The notes below the pieces were generated by a model, which had not been told where the DNA came from, ran no database searches, and worked only from the letters and a program-made list of their open reading frames with translations. Below are positions 1 to 11,729 of a DNA stretch of 64,000 bases, one piece after another. The position numbers and the translations under genes were made by a program. Positions within the stretch are counted from its first letter, which is position 1. The number at the start of each line of letters is the position of its first letter. This DNA comes from Scyliorhinus canicula (taxonomy: Eukaryota), in assembly GCF_902713615.1 (NCBI RefSeq), contig NC_052158.1, forward strand, positions 39,547,729 to 39,611,728, in the 5' to 3' direction.

Positions 1-3000
1 CCCCTGGCACACTGCACTCAGTCCATCTCGCAGCACTGACCCCTTGGACACTGCTCTCAATCCCCCAGCACTGACCCCTGGGACACTGCACTCAGTCCCC
101 CAGCACTGACCCCTGGGTCACTGCACTCAGTCCATCTCTCAGCACTGACCCCTGGGACACTGCACTCAGTCCATCCCCCAGCACTGACCACTGGGACACT
201 GCACTCAGTCCCCCAGCACTGACCCCTGGGACACTGCACTCAGTCCCCCAGCACTGACCCCTGGGACACTGCAGTCAGTCCCCCAGCACTGACCCCTGGG
301 ACAATGCACTCAGTCCCCAGCACTGACCCCTGGGACACTGCACTCAGTCCATCTCACAGCACTGACCCCTGGGTCATTGAACTCAGTCCATCCACCAGCA
401 CTGACCCCTGGGACACTGCACTCAGTCCCCCAGCACTGACCCCTGGAACACTGCACTCAGTCCCCCAGCACTGACCCCTGGGACACTGCACTCAGTCCCC
501 CAGCACTGACCCCTGGAACACTGCACTCAGTCCCCCAGCACTGACCCCTGGGACACTGCACTCAGTCCCCCAGCACTGACCACTGGGACACTGCACTCAG
601 TCCCCCAGCACTGACCCCTGGGACACTGCACTCAGTCCCCCAGCACTGACCCCCTGGGACACTGCACAGTCCCCCTGCCTTGACCACTCGGACACTGCAC
701 TCTGTCCCCCAGCACTGACCCCTGGGGCACTGCACTCAGACCCCCAGCACTGACCCCTGGGACACTGCACAGTCCCCCAGCACTGACCCCTGGGACACTG
801 CAGTCAGTCCATTCCCCTGCACTGACCCCTGGGACACTGCACTCAGTCCCCAGCACTGACCCCTGGGACACTGCACTCAGTCCCCCAGCACTGACCCCTG
901 AGTCACTGCACTCTGTCCCCCAGCACTGACCCCTGTGACACTGCACTCAGTCCATCTCACAGCACTGACCCCTGGGTCATTGCACTCAGTCCATCCCCCA
1001 GCACTGACCCCTGGGACACTGCACTCAGTCCCCCAGCACTGACCCCTGGGTCACTGCACTCAGTCCCCCAGCACTGACCCCTGGGACACTGCACTCAGTC
1101 CCCCAGCACTGACCCCTGGGACACTGCACTCAGTCCCCCAGCACTGACCCCTGGGACACTGCACAGTCTCCCAGCACTGACCCCTGGGACACTGCACTCA
1201 GTCCCCCAGCACTGACCCCTGGAACACTGCACTCAGTCCCCCAGCACTGACCCCTGGGACACTGCACTCAGTCCCCCAGCACTGACCCCTGAGTCACTGC
1301 ACTCTGTCCCCCAGCACTGACCCCTGGGACACTGCACTCAGTCCCCCAGCACTGACCCCTGGGACACTGCACTCAGTCCCCCAGCACTGACCCCTGGAAC
1401 ACTGCACTCAGTCCCCCAGCACTGACCCCAGGGACACTGCACTCAGTCCCCCGGCACTGACCCCTGGAACACTGCACTCAGTACCCCAGCACTGACCCCT
1501 GGGTCACTGCACTCAGTCCCCCAGCACTGACCCCTGGGACACTGCACTCTGTCCCCCAGCACTGACCCCTGGGTCACTGCACTCAGACCCCCAGCACTGA
1601 CCCCTGGGACACTGCACTCAGTCCATCTCCCAGCACTGGCCCCTGGGTCACTGCACTCAGACCCCCAGCACTGACCCCTGGGACACTGCACTCAGTCCAT
1701 CTGCCAGCACTGACCCCTGTGGCACTGCACTCAGACCCCCAGCACTGACCCCTGGGTCATTGCACTCAGTCCATCTCCCAGCACTGGCCCCTGGGTCACT
1801 GCACTCTGTCCCCCGGCACTGACCCCTGGGTCACTGCACTCAGTCCCCCAGCACTGACCCCTGGGACACTGCACTCTGTCCCCCGGCACTGATCCCTGGG
1901 TCACTGCACTCAGTCGCCCAGCACTGGCCCCTGGGCCATTGCACTCAGTCCATCTCCCAGCACTGACCCCTGGGACACTGCATTTTGTCCCCCAGCACTG
2001 ACCCCTGGGACACTGCACTCAGTATCCCAGCACTGACCCCTGGGACACTGCATTTTGTCCCCCAGCACTGACCCCTGGGACACTGCACTCAGTCCCCCAG
2101 CACTGACCCCTGGGACACTGCACTCAGTCCCCCAGCACTGACCCCTGGGACACTCCACTCAGTATCCCAGCACTGACCCCTGGCTCACTGCACTCATCCC
2201 CCAGCACTGACCCCTGGGACACTGCACTCAGTCCCCCGGGACACTGCACTCATCCCCCAGCACTGGCCCCTGGGACACTGCACTCAGTCCCCCAGCACTG
2301 ACCCCTGGGACACTGCACTCAGTCCCCCAGCACTGACCCCTGGGACACTGCACTCAGTCCCCCAGCACTGACCCCTGGGGCACTGCACTCAGTCCCCCAG
2401 CACTGACCCCTGGGACACTGCACTCAGTCCCCCAGCACTGACCCCTGGGACACTGCACTCAGCCCATCCCCCAGCACTGACCCCTGGGACACTGCACTCA
2501 GTCCATCCTCCAGCACTGACCCCTGGGACACTGCACTCAGTCCATCCCCCAGCACTGACCCCTAGGACACTGCACTCAGCCCATCCCCCAGCACTGACCC
2601 CTGGGACACTGCACTCAGTCCCCCAGCACTGACCCCTGGGACACTGCACTCAGTCCATCTCCCAGCACTGACCCCTAGGACACTGCACTCAGTCCCCCAG
2701 CACTGACCCCTGGGACACTGCACTCAGTCCATCTCCCAGCACTGACCCCTGGAACACTGCACTCTGTCCCCCAGCACTGACCCCTGGGACACTGCACTCA
2801 GTCCCCCAGCACTGACCCCTGGGACACTGCACTCAGTCCATCTCCCAGCACTGACCCCTGGGGCACTGCACTCAGACCCCCAGCACTGACCCCTGGGTCA
2901 TTGCACTCAGTCCATCTCCCAGCACTGGCCCCTGGGTCACTGCACTCTGTCCCCCGGCACTGACCCCTGGGTCACTGCACTCAGTCCCCCAGCACTGACC

Positions 3001-6000
3001 CCTGGGACACTGCACTCTGTCCCCCGGCACTGACCCCTGGGTCACTGCACTCAGTCCCCCAGCACTGGCCCCTGGTTCATTGCACTCAGTCCATCTCCCA
3101 GCAATGACCCCTGGGACACTGCATTTTGTCCCCCAGCACTGACCCCTGGGACACTGCACTCAGTATCCCAGCACTGACCCCTGGGACACTGCACTCAGTA
3201 TCCCAGCACTGACCCCTGGGACACTGCACTCAGTCCCCCAGCACTGACCCCTGGGACACTCCACTCAGTCCCCCAGCACTGACCCCTGGCTCACTGCACT
3301 CATCCCCCAGCACTGACCCCTGGGTCACTGCACTCAGTCCATCACCCAGCACTGACCCGTGGGACACTGCACTCAGTCCCCCAGCACTGACCCCTGGGAC
3401 ACTGCACTCAGTCCCCCAGCACTGACCCCTGGGACACTGCACTCAGTCCCCCAGCACTGACCCCTGGGACACGGCACTCAGTCCCACAGCACTGACCCCT
3501 CGGACACTGCACTCAGTCCCCCAGCACTGACCCCTGGGACACTGCACTCAGTCCCCCAGCACTGACCCCTGGGACACGGCACTCAGTCCCCCAGCACTGA
3601 CCCCTGGGACACTGCACTCAGTCCCCCAGCACTGACCCCTGCGACACTGCACTCAGTCTCCCAGCACTGACCCCTGGGACACTGCACTCAGTCCCCCAGC
3701 ACTGACCCCTGGGGCACTGCACTCAGTCCATCCTCCAGCACTGACCCCTGGGACACTGCACTCAGTCCATCCCCCAGCACTGACCCCTGGGACACTGCAC
3801 TCAGCCCATCCCCCAGCACTGACCCCTGGGACACTGCACTCAGTCCCCCAGCACTGACCCCTGGGACACTGCACTCAGTCCATCCCCCAGTACTGACCCC
3901 TAGGACACTGCACTCAGTCCCCCAGCACTGACACCTGGGACACTGCACTCAGTCCCCCAGCACTGACCCCTGGGACACTGCACTCAGTCCATCTCCCAGC
4001 ACTGACCCCTGGAACACTGCACTCTGTCCCCCAGCACTGACCCCTGGGACACTGCACTCAGTCCCCCAGCACTGACCCCTGGGTCACTGCACTCAGTCCC
4101 CCAGCACTGACCCCTGGGACACTGCACTCAGTTCCCCAGCACTGACCCCTGGGACACTGCACTCAGTCTCCCAGCACTGACCCCCTGGGACACTGCACAG
4201 TCCCCCTGCCCTGACCACTCGGACACTGCACTCAGACCCCCAGCACTGACCCCTGGGACACTGCACAGTCCCCCAGCACTGACCCCTGGGACACTGCAGT
4301 CAGTCCATTCCCCTGCACTGACCCCTGGGACACTGCACTCAGTCCCCAGCACTGACCCCTGGGACACTGCACTCAGTCCCCCAGCACTGACCCCTGAGTC
4401 ACTGCACTCTGTCCCCCAGCACTGACCCCTGTGACACTGCACTCAGTCCATCTCACAGCACTGACCCCTGGGTCATTGCACTCAGTCCATCCGCCAGCAC
4501 TGACCCCTGGGACACTGCACTCAGTCCCCCAGCACTGACCCCTGGAACACTGCACTCAGTCCCCCAGCACTGACCCCTGGGACACTGCACTCAGTCCCCC
4601 AGCACTGACCCCTGGGACACTGCACTCAGTCCCCCAGCACTGACCCCTGGAACACTGCACTCAGTACCCCAGCACTGACCCCTGGGACACTGCACTCAGT
4701 CCCCCAGCACTGACCCCTGGGTCACTGCACTCAGTCCCCCAGCACTGACCCCTGGGACACTGCACTCAGTCCCCCTGCACTGACCCCTGGATCACTGCAC
4801 TCAGTTCCCCAGGACTGACCCCTGGGACACTGCACAGTCCCCCTGCCCTGACCACTCGGACACTGCACTCTGTCCCCCAGCACTGACCCCTGGGGCACTG
4901 CACTCAGACCCCCAGCACTGACCCCTGGGACACTGCACTCAGTCCATCTCCCAGCACTGGCCCCTGGGTCACTGCACTCAGACCCCCAGCACTGACCCCT
5001 GGGACACTGCACTCAGTCCATCTGCCAGCACTGACCCCTGGGGCACTGCACTCAGACCCCCAGCACTGACCCCTGGGTCATTGCACTCAGTCGATCTCCC
5101 AGCACTGGCCCCTGGGTCATTGCACTCTGTCCCCCAGCACTGACCCCTGGGACACTGCACTCTGTCCCCCGGCACTGATCCCTGGGTCACTGCGCTCAGT
5201 CCCCGAGCACTGGCCCCTGGGCCATTGCACTCAGTCCATCTCCCAGCACTGACCCCTGGGACACTGCATTTTGTCCCCCAGCACTGACCCCTGGGACACT
5301 GCATTTTGTCCCCCAGCACTGACCCCTGGGACACTGCACTCAGTCCCCCAGCACTGACCCCTGGGACACTGCACTCAGTCCCCCAGCACTGACCCCTGGG
5401 ACACTCCACTCAGTATCCCAGCACTGACCCCTGGCTCACTGCACTCATCCCCCAGCACTGACCCCTGGGACACTGCACTCAGTCCCCCAGCACTGACCCC
5501 TGGGTCACTGCACTCAGTCCATCACCCAGCACTGACCCCTGGGACACTGCATTTTGTCCCCCAGCACTGACCCCTGGGACACTGCACTCAGTATCCCAGC
5601 ACTGACCCCTGGGACACTGCACTCAGTCCCCCAGCACTGACCCCTGGGTCACTGCACTCAGTCCCCCGGGACACTGCACTCATCCCCCAGCACTGGCCCC
5701 TGGGACACTGCACTCAGTCCCCCAGCACTGACCCCTGGGACACTGCACTCAGTCCCCCAGCACTGACCCCTGGGACACTGCACTCAGTCCCCCAGCACTG
5801 ACCCCTGGGTCACTGCACTCAGTCCCCCAGCACTGACCCCTGGGGCACTGCACTCAGTCCATCCTCCAGCACTGACCCCTGGGACACTGCACTCAGTCCA
5901 TCCCCCAGCACTGACCCCTAGGACACTGCACTCAGCCCATCCCCCAGCACTGACCCCTGGGACACTGCACTCAGTCCCCCAGCACTGACCCCTGGGTCAC

Positions 6001-6832
6001 TGCACTCAGTCCCCCAGCACTGACCCCTGGGACACTGCACTCAGTCCATCTCCCAGCACTGTCCCCTGGAACACTGCACTCTGTCCCCCAGCACTGACCC
6101 CTGGGACACTGCACTCAGTCTCCCAGCACTGACCCCTGGGACACTGCACTCAGTCCATCCCCCAGCACTGACCCCTGGGACACTGCACTCTGTCCCTCTG
6201 CACTGACCCCTGGGACTGCTCTCAGTCCCCCAGCACGGACCCCTGGGACACTGCACTCAGTCCCCCAGCACTGACCCCTGGGACTCTGCACTCATCCCCC
6301 AGCACTGACCCCTTGGGTCACTGCACTCAGTCCCCCAGCACTGACCCCTGGGACACTGCACTCAGTCCCTCAGCACTGACCCCTGGGACACTGCACTCAG
6401 TCAATCTCCCAGCACTTACCCCTGGGACACTGCATTCAGTCCCCCAGCACTGACCCCTGGGACACTGCACTCAGTCCCCCAGCACTGACCCCTGGGACAC
6501 TGCACTCAGTCAATCTCCCAGCACTGACCCCTGGGACACGGCACTCAGTCCCCCCAGCGCTGACCCCTGGGACACTGCACTCAGTCCATCTCCCAGCACT
6601 GACCCCTGGGACACTGCACTCAGTCCCCCAGCACTGACCCCTGGGACACTGCACTCAGTCCATCCCCCAGCACTGACCCCTGGGACACTGCACTCAGTCC
6701 CCCAGCACTGACCCCTGGGACACTGCAATCAGTCCCCCAGCACTGACCCCTGGGACACTGCACTCAGTCCCCCAGCACTGACCCCTGGGACACTGCACTC
6801 AGTCCCCCAGCACTGACCCCTGGGACACTGCA
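1..6832. repeat. 35-bp minisatellite array (with 39-bp variants), in the intron upstream of the class I alpha2 exon; runs off the window start
   Basis: Unit cactgcactcagtcccccagcactgacccctggga recurs with period 35 (e.g. ctcag at 421 and 456); variant units carry a ccat insertion; all - strand ORFs here are translations of the repeat. Confidence 0.98.
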
Positions 6833-7384
6833 GCTGTGAAACAGCTATAGCACTCTATAATAGAGCTTTAACACGGCTATAATGCAGCTCTGGCAGAATG
6901 GACGAGATTATCCATTCTCTTTCATCAGTGGATCCCCTCCCCTGCTGGATTTGTGACCTTGTTGGCTCGTCTCCGCTCTGACTCGGGTCTCTTTATACTC
7001 AGTGGGCATGCGGGAGGCGTCGCTAAATTGTGGGGCAGCATGTTCCTCCCCTTGGCAGCCATGATCTTCCAGCAGCTTCCTATCCCATAGGGAGGGAGCT
7101 CTGAGCAGGAGCACCCTTTAAATATGGTGTCAGGGTTACTGAAGGCCTGAGATGTTGATGGGCAGGAGAAGCTGAGCTGGCCTTCCAGCGATCCGGTGTG
7201 TTCCCAATGGATTAATAATTAATGAGGTGGGAATGGGATCATACTGCAGGAAAAGAGGCTGATGGGTAAAACCTCCTTTGTGAAATCTGGGATGATTCAG
7301 ACACCTTCCCCTCTGATCAGAATGTTTGTGATTGTCCATTAACTATTCCATATTGATTATTGATCCCTGTTTGTTCACTGACAG

Positions 7385-7660
7385 GAATCCACACTCTTCA
7401 ATGGATGTGGTATGTCGAGGTCACTGAAGACGGCTCCATTCGGAGATCGATGAGGTTTGGATTTGATGGAAAGGACTTTATTAGTTTAGAGCCAGACACA
7501 AAGAGATGGGTCGCAACCAATCACATCGCAGTGAAGACTAAAGAGAAATGGGATTCGGATCAATCCTGGAACAGCTACTGGGAAACATATCTTCAAGGAA
7601 TATTTGTTCAACATTTGAACAGATATTTACAAGCTGGAAAGGAATATTTTGGACGGAAAG
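7385..7660 (+). CDS. MHC class I heavy chain, alpha2 exon
   Basis: 276-bp exon, acceptor ctgacag| at 7384, donor AAAG|gtattg at 7661, phase 1/1; GIHTLQWM...FGFDGKDFISL...W...AVKTKEKWD...YLQG...LNRYL aligns with the class I alpha2 pattern. Confidence 0.95.
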
Positions 7661-7776
7661 GTATTGATTTGAGTTTTGATCCATGTTCTGATCTAACTTC
7701 ACTGATCTATCAAACCGTTCTCCCATTCCATTCAGTGTCTGTCTATTGTTTGTGTTTTCACCCTTTCCCATTACAG

Positions 7777-8055
7777 TTCAGCCTGAAGTCTTCATCTCCA
7801 GAAGTGAGGCCAATAGTCAGTACAAGCCGCTCACTCTCTCCTGCCTGGTTACTGGGTTTTATCCTGTAGACATCGAGGTGACCTGGCTAAGGAATGGAGA
7901 GGTAATGTCTGAGACACAATCCTCGGGGCTTCGACCGAACCACGATGGGAGCCATCAGATCCAGAAAGAGATTGAAATAAATGCTGGGGATGAGGATCAA
8001 TACTCCTGTCAAATTGAACACAGCAGCCTGGCAGAGCCCAAGCTCCATCAGTGGG
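7777..8055 (+). CDS. MHC class I heavy chain, alpha3 (Ig C1-set) exon
   Basis: 279-bp exon, acceptor ttacag|, donor TGGG|gtaagg; VQPEV...LSCLVTGFYPVDIEVTWLRNG...RPNHDGSHQ...YSCQIEHSSL...W has both Ig cysteines and the C1-set motifs. Confidence 0.97.
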
Positions 8056-8276
8056 GTAAGGAACAGTACTGGATGTGTGTGTGTGTGTGATTATGTATGT
8101 GCATGCATCTGTGTGCGTGTGTGTGCGTACGTCTACATGCAATATATGCAATATATACAGTCTATTCAGTCTGTTTTACGATTCATGAGATAATGGATTA
8201 TTTTGGCCTCAGTTCTATTTATGAGCATCAGGAATGAGAAGAGGAACCGATCATCAAGCCGACCTTCCCAGCGAGT

Positions 8277-8567
8277 TCATAGAACAGTGCAGAAAGAGGC
8301 CATTCAGCCCATCATCCCTACACTGATCCTACCGAGGCCCGCTCCCCATCCCTGTGATTGCATCCAATCTTTGGGCACTAAGGGGCAATTTAGCAGGGCA
8401 AATCCACCTAACCTGAGCATCTTTGGACAGTGGGAGGAAACTGGAGTACCCGCAGGAAACTCATGCAGACACAAGGAGGAAGAGCAAACACAACCTAGTC
8501 ACCCAAGGGTGGAATTAAATTCGGGTCCCTGGTTCTGTGAGGCAGCAGTGCTAACCACTGTGCCACC
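8277..8567 (-). mobile_element. tRNA-derived SINE (HE1/V-SINE-like), diverged
   Basis: Reverse-complement similarity to the SINE at 49581-49896 (gcagtgctaaccactgtgccacc head, gggcaatttagc...aatccacctaacc core). Confidence 0.75.
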
Positions 8568-8599
8568 AGGCCATCTGGGTTCAGCTAATTCCACTCTAA

Positions 8600-9160
8600 A
8601 GGCGGAATTCTCCGCAAGGCACGACGCCATCATGAAACCCGGAGAGGTTCACGACGGCGTCGGAGGCCACTCCTTGCCCCCTATTCTCTCCTCCCTCCCC
8701 CACCCCCCCCCCCCCCCCCCCAAGCGGGCTAGGAGGGCCGTGCCGTAAATCTCGGCCGCGGGGCCTTTTCGCTGCCGTTTTTAGCCTGGCGCGCTGAGAA
8801 TGACGCGGCCGGTCCGCCTAATGACGTCAGCCGCGCATTCGTGGTTGCCGTCCTCCCCTCCGCTGCCCCGCAAGATGTGGCGGGCACCGATCGCGGGCCA
8901 GTCACCTCCCGAGCACGATCGTGGTGCTCACTCCCCTCTCCACACCCCACAAGCCACAAAACAGCTGCTGACGCCATGTTCACGCCGGCAGCGACCAGGT
9001 GTGGTTGCCGTCGGCGTGAACCGGTCGGGAATGGCAGGCCGCTCGGCCCATCCGGGTCGGAGAATCGCGGGTTGCCATGAAAAACGGCGGTTTTGGAAGG
9101 GGGTGCCAGAGCGGCCCTCCCGCGATTCTCCCACCTGCGTGGCAGCGGAGAATCGCGCTC
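8600..9160. mobile_element. GC-rich MITE (PIF/Harbinger-like) A
   Basis: Imperfect TIRs aggcggaattctcc ... ggagaatcgcgctc, flanked by TAA (8597-8599) and TAA (9161-9163). Confidence 0.8.
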
Positions 9161-9163
9161 TAA

Positions 9164-9900
9164 GGGTGCGATTCTCCGCCCCCTACGACGGGTCGGAGAA
9201 TAGCGGGAGGGCCTTTTTGACATTTTTCCTGACCTCCCGCTATTCTCCCCCCCCCCCCCCCCCCACGCCCGCCCCCCCGACACGAATCGCTGCTCGCTGT
9301 TTTTTTACGGCGAGCAGCGATTCTCCCCTAGCCGATGGGCCGAGTTCCCAGGCCTTTACGGCCGTTTTCACGAACGGCAACACACCTGCTTTCACCGTTC
9401 GTGAAAACGGCCGCAAAGTGCCGTTCTGGGGAACCATGGCACCGATTGGCACGGCCGCGATTGCCATGGGCCTGCGATCGGTGCCCACCGATCGCGGGCA
9501 GCGGGTCCGAACCACGCGCACTCTTTGTTCCTCCGCCGCCCCGCTGGATCAGTTCACGGGACGGCTGATGGGCATACCGGCCCGCGCATGTGCGGGTTTC
9601 ACGCATGTGCACGATGACGTCATCCGCGGATGCGCGGGTTGGAGCAGTCCAATCCGCGCATGCGCGGCTGACGTCATCGCGCGCGGCTGACGTCATCGCG
9701 CGCGTCAGCCGCCGTTAACTTTGGCGCGTGGGCTTAGCGCAGTTCGCTAAGCCTGCGATGCCGTGGTTCACGGGGTCCCGCTGCTAGCCCCGACCGGGGA
9801 GCAGAATCGGCTCCCGGGAGGGGGCGCGGAGGCTGCCGTGAAACACGGCCGGTTTCACAGCAGCCTTCACGACTCTCCGCATTTGCGGAGAATCGCGCCC
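9164..9900. mobile_element. GC-rich MITE (PIF/Harbinger-like) B, directly abutting A
   Basis: TIRs gggtgcgattctcc ... ggagaatcgcgccc, flanked by TAA (9161-9163) and TAA (9901-9903). Confidence 0.8.
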
Positions 9901-10147
9901 TAAGTGTCTGGAACTCAATCTCTGGACATTTGTGATGGATTCTCTCACTTATTCCATGAGTTGTCCATGGTGGCTTCACTGCAGTCGATTAGGACTAAGT
10001 TCTGTGTTGGATTGCACCTAGTGCTCTGTTTCTCTGTTGTTTTCCTCATTATCAGCTCAGCCCAGTTTCCTGTGGTCAGTTTATTCCTCATCCCTTTGAA
10101 GTTTGATGTGAAAACCATCAGTGATGCTGCATCCTGGGCCGTACAAT

Positions 10148-11300
10148 AGGCGGAATTCTCCAACCCCCCAGGGGTTCGGAGAATCACCAAGGGCCGGCGT
10201 CAATCCCACCCCCTCCGTGTTCCGAATTGTCTGCCCCCCGAGATTTGGCGTGGGTGGGAATTGTGCCGCGCCGGTCGGCGGTCACCCCGCGGCGATTCTC
10301 CAGCCCGCGATGGGCCGAAGTCTTGCCACTGACAGGCCTTTCCCGCCGACGTGGTTTAAACCACCTCTGGTACCGGCTGGATTGGCGGCGCAGGGCGGGC
10401 TCCGGGGTCCTGGGGGGAGGGGGGTGATCTGACCCTGGGGGATGCCCCCACGGTGGCATGGCCCATGATCGGGGCCCACCTCTTCTTCTTCTGCCCCAAC
10501 CATGGCTTTCACCATGGCGGAGGCGGAAGAGACCCCCTCCCCTGCGCATGTGCCGGTATGACGTCAGCAGCCGTTGACGCTCCGGCGCATGCGTGGACTT
10601 ACAGCGGCCGGCAAAGGCCTTTTGGCCCCAGCTGCCGGTGCACCAAAGGCCGTCCGTGCCGGCCAGCGGGGCGCCAACCACTCCGGCGCGGGCCATTGGA
10701 ATTCTGCACCTTTGGGGAGGCCCGATGCCGGAGTGGTTGATGCCACTCCAATACACCGGGGCCCCCCACCGGGTAGGGGAGAATCCCGCCCCTTTGGGGA
10801 GGCCCGATGCCGGAGTGGTTGATGCCACTCCAATACACCGGGGCCCCCGCTGGGTAGGGGAGAATCCCGCCCCTTTGGGGAGGCCCGATGCCGGAGTGGT
10901 TGATGCCACTCCAATACACCGGGGCCCCCCGTCCCGCTGGGTAGGGGAGAATCCCACCCCTTTGGGGAGGCTCGATGCCGGAGTGGTTAATGCCACTCCA
11001 ATACACCGGGGCCCCCGCTGGGTAGGGGAGAATCCCGCCCCTTTGGGGATGCCCGATGCCGGAGTGGTTGATGCCACCCCAATACACCGGGACCCCCCCG
11101 CCCCGCTGGGTAGGGGAGAATCCCGCCCCTTTGGGGAGGCCCGATGCCGGAGTGGTTGATGCCACTCCAATACACCGGGACCCCCGCCCCGCTGGGTAGG
11201 GGAGAATCCCGCCCCTTTGGGGAGGCCCGATGCCGGAGTGGTTGATGCCACTCCAATACACCGGGACCCCCGCCCCGCTGGGTAGGGGAGAATCCCGCCC
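10148..11300. mobile_element. GC-rich MITE whose right end is amplified as seven 81-88 bp tandem units
   Basis: TIRs aggcggaattctcc ... ggagaatcccgccc, AAT on both flanks (10145-47, 11301-03); gaatccc motif at 10781, 10862, 10949, 11030, 11118, 11204, 11290. Confidence 0.8.
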
Positions 11301-11599
11301 AATGTAACCCTGGGGATTGAGCAAGGACAGGACACAGAGACATTGGGGAGAATTAGAACTGAACTGGCCGGGAAGGTAACCCACGGGATTGGGAAAACAC
11401 AGCTTTGACACTCCCATCAATGGGAATCTTTAGTGACTTCACTGGAGAGTGAAATCGGGCGACTGTAAAACCAACATTCCCACCAATCCCATCAATTCCC
11501 AATGGGCGGCTTCAGTTCAAATTGTCCCCAATTAACACAGAACTGGGAATGGATCCGGGAAGAGAGAGACAATCCTCATGTTATTCACATCTGTTTCAG

Positions 11600-11719
11600 A
11601 AATCCCGGAAAACAGTGGGGGACGCACCCATCTTGAAATTATAATCGGATCAGTCATCATTGTACTGGCTGTTATGTTCGGAATAATTGGAATAATCATC
11701 TGGAAAAGACATCAGAGAG
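11600..11719 (+). CDS. MHC class I connecting peptide / transmembrane exon
   Basis: 120 bp, acceptor tttcag|, donor AGAG|gtaagt, phase 1/1, in frame with alpha3; EIPENSGGRTHLE-IIIGSVIIVLAVMFGIIGIIIW-KRHQR (hydrophobic span plus basic stop-transfer). Confidence 0.92.
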
Positions 11720-11729
11720 GTAAGTATCA

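Noticed and set aside
57-6728. Many Cys/Gly/Ser-rich - strand ORFs resembling keratin-associated or metallothionein-like proteins
   Set aside because: Products of the 35-bp repeat; frames shift every unit
6840-7380. Searched for the class I alpha1 exon
   Set aside because: No ~270-bp AG/GT-bounded frame with alpha1 motifs; it is presumably upstream of the window
7360-7869. 169-aa ORF read as a single protein
   Set aside because: Reads through the intron after 7660; only 7385-7660 is exon
8800-11420. GC-rich ORFs of 180-380 aa
   Set aside because: Lie within MITEs and their tandem units; no transposase motifs; open because of high GC
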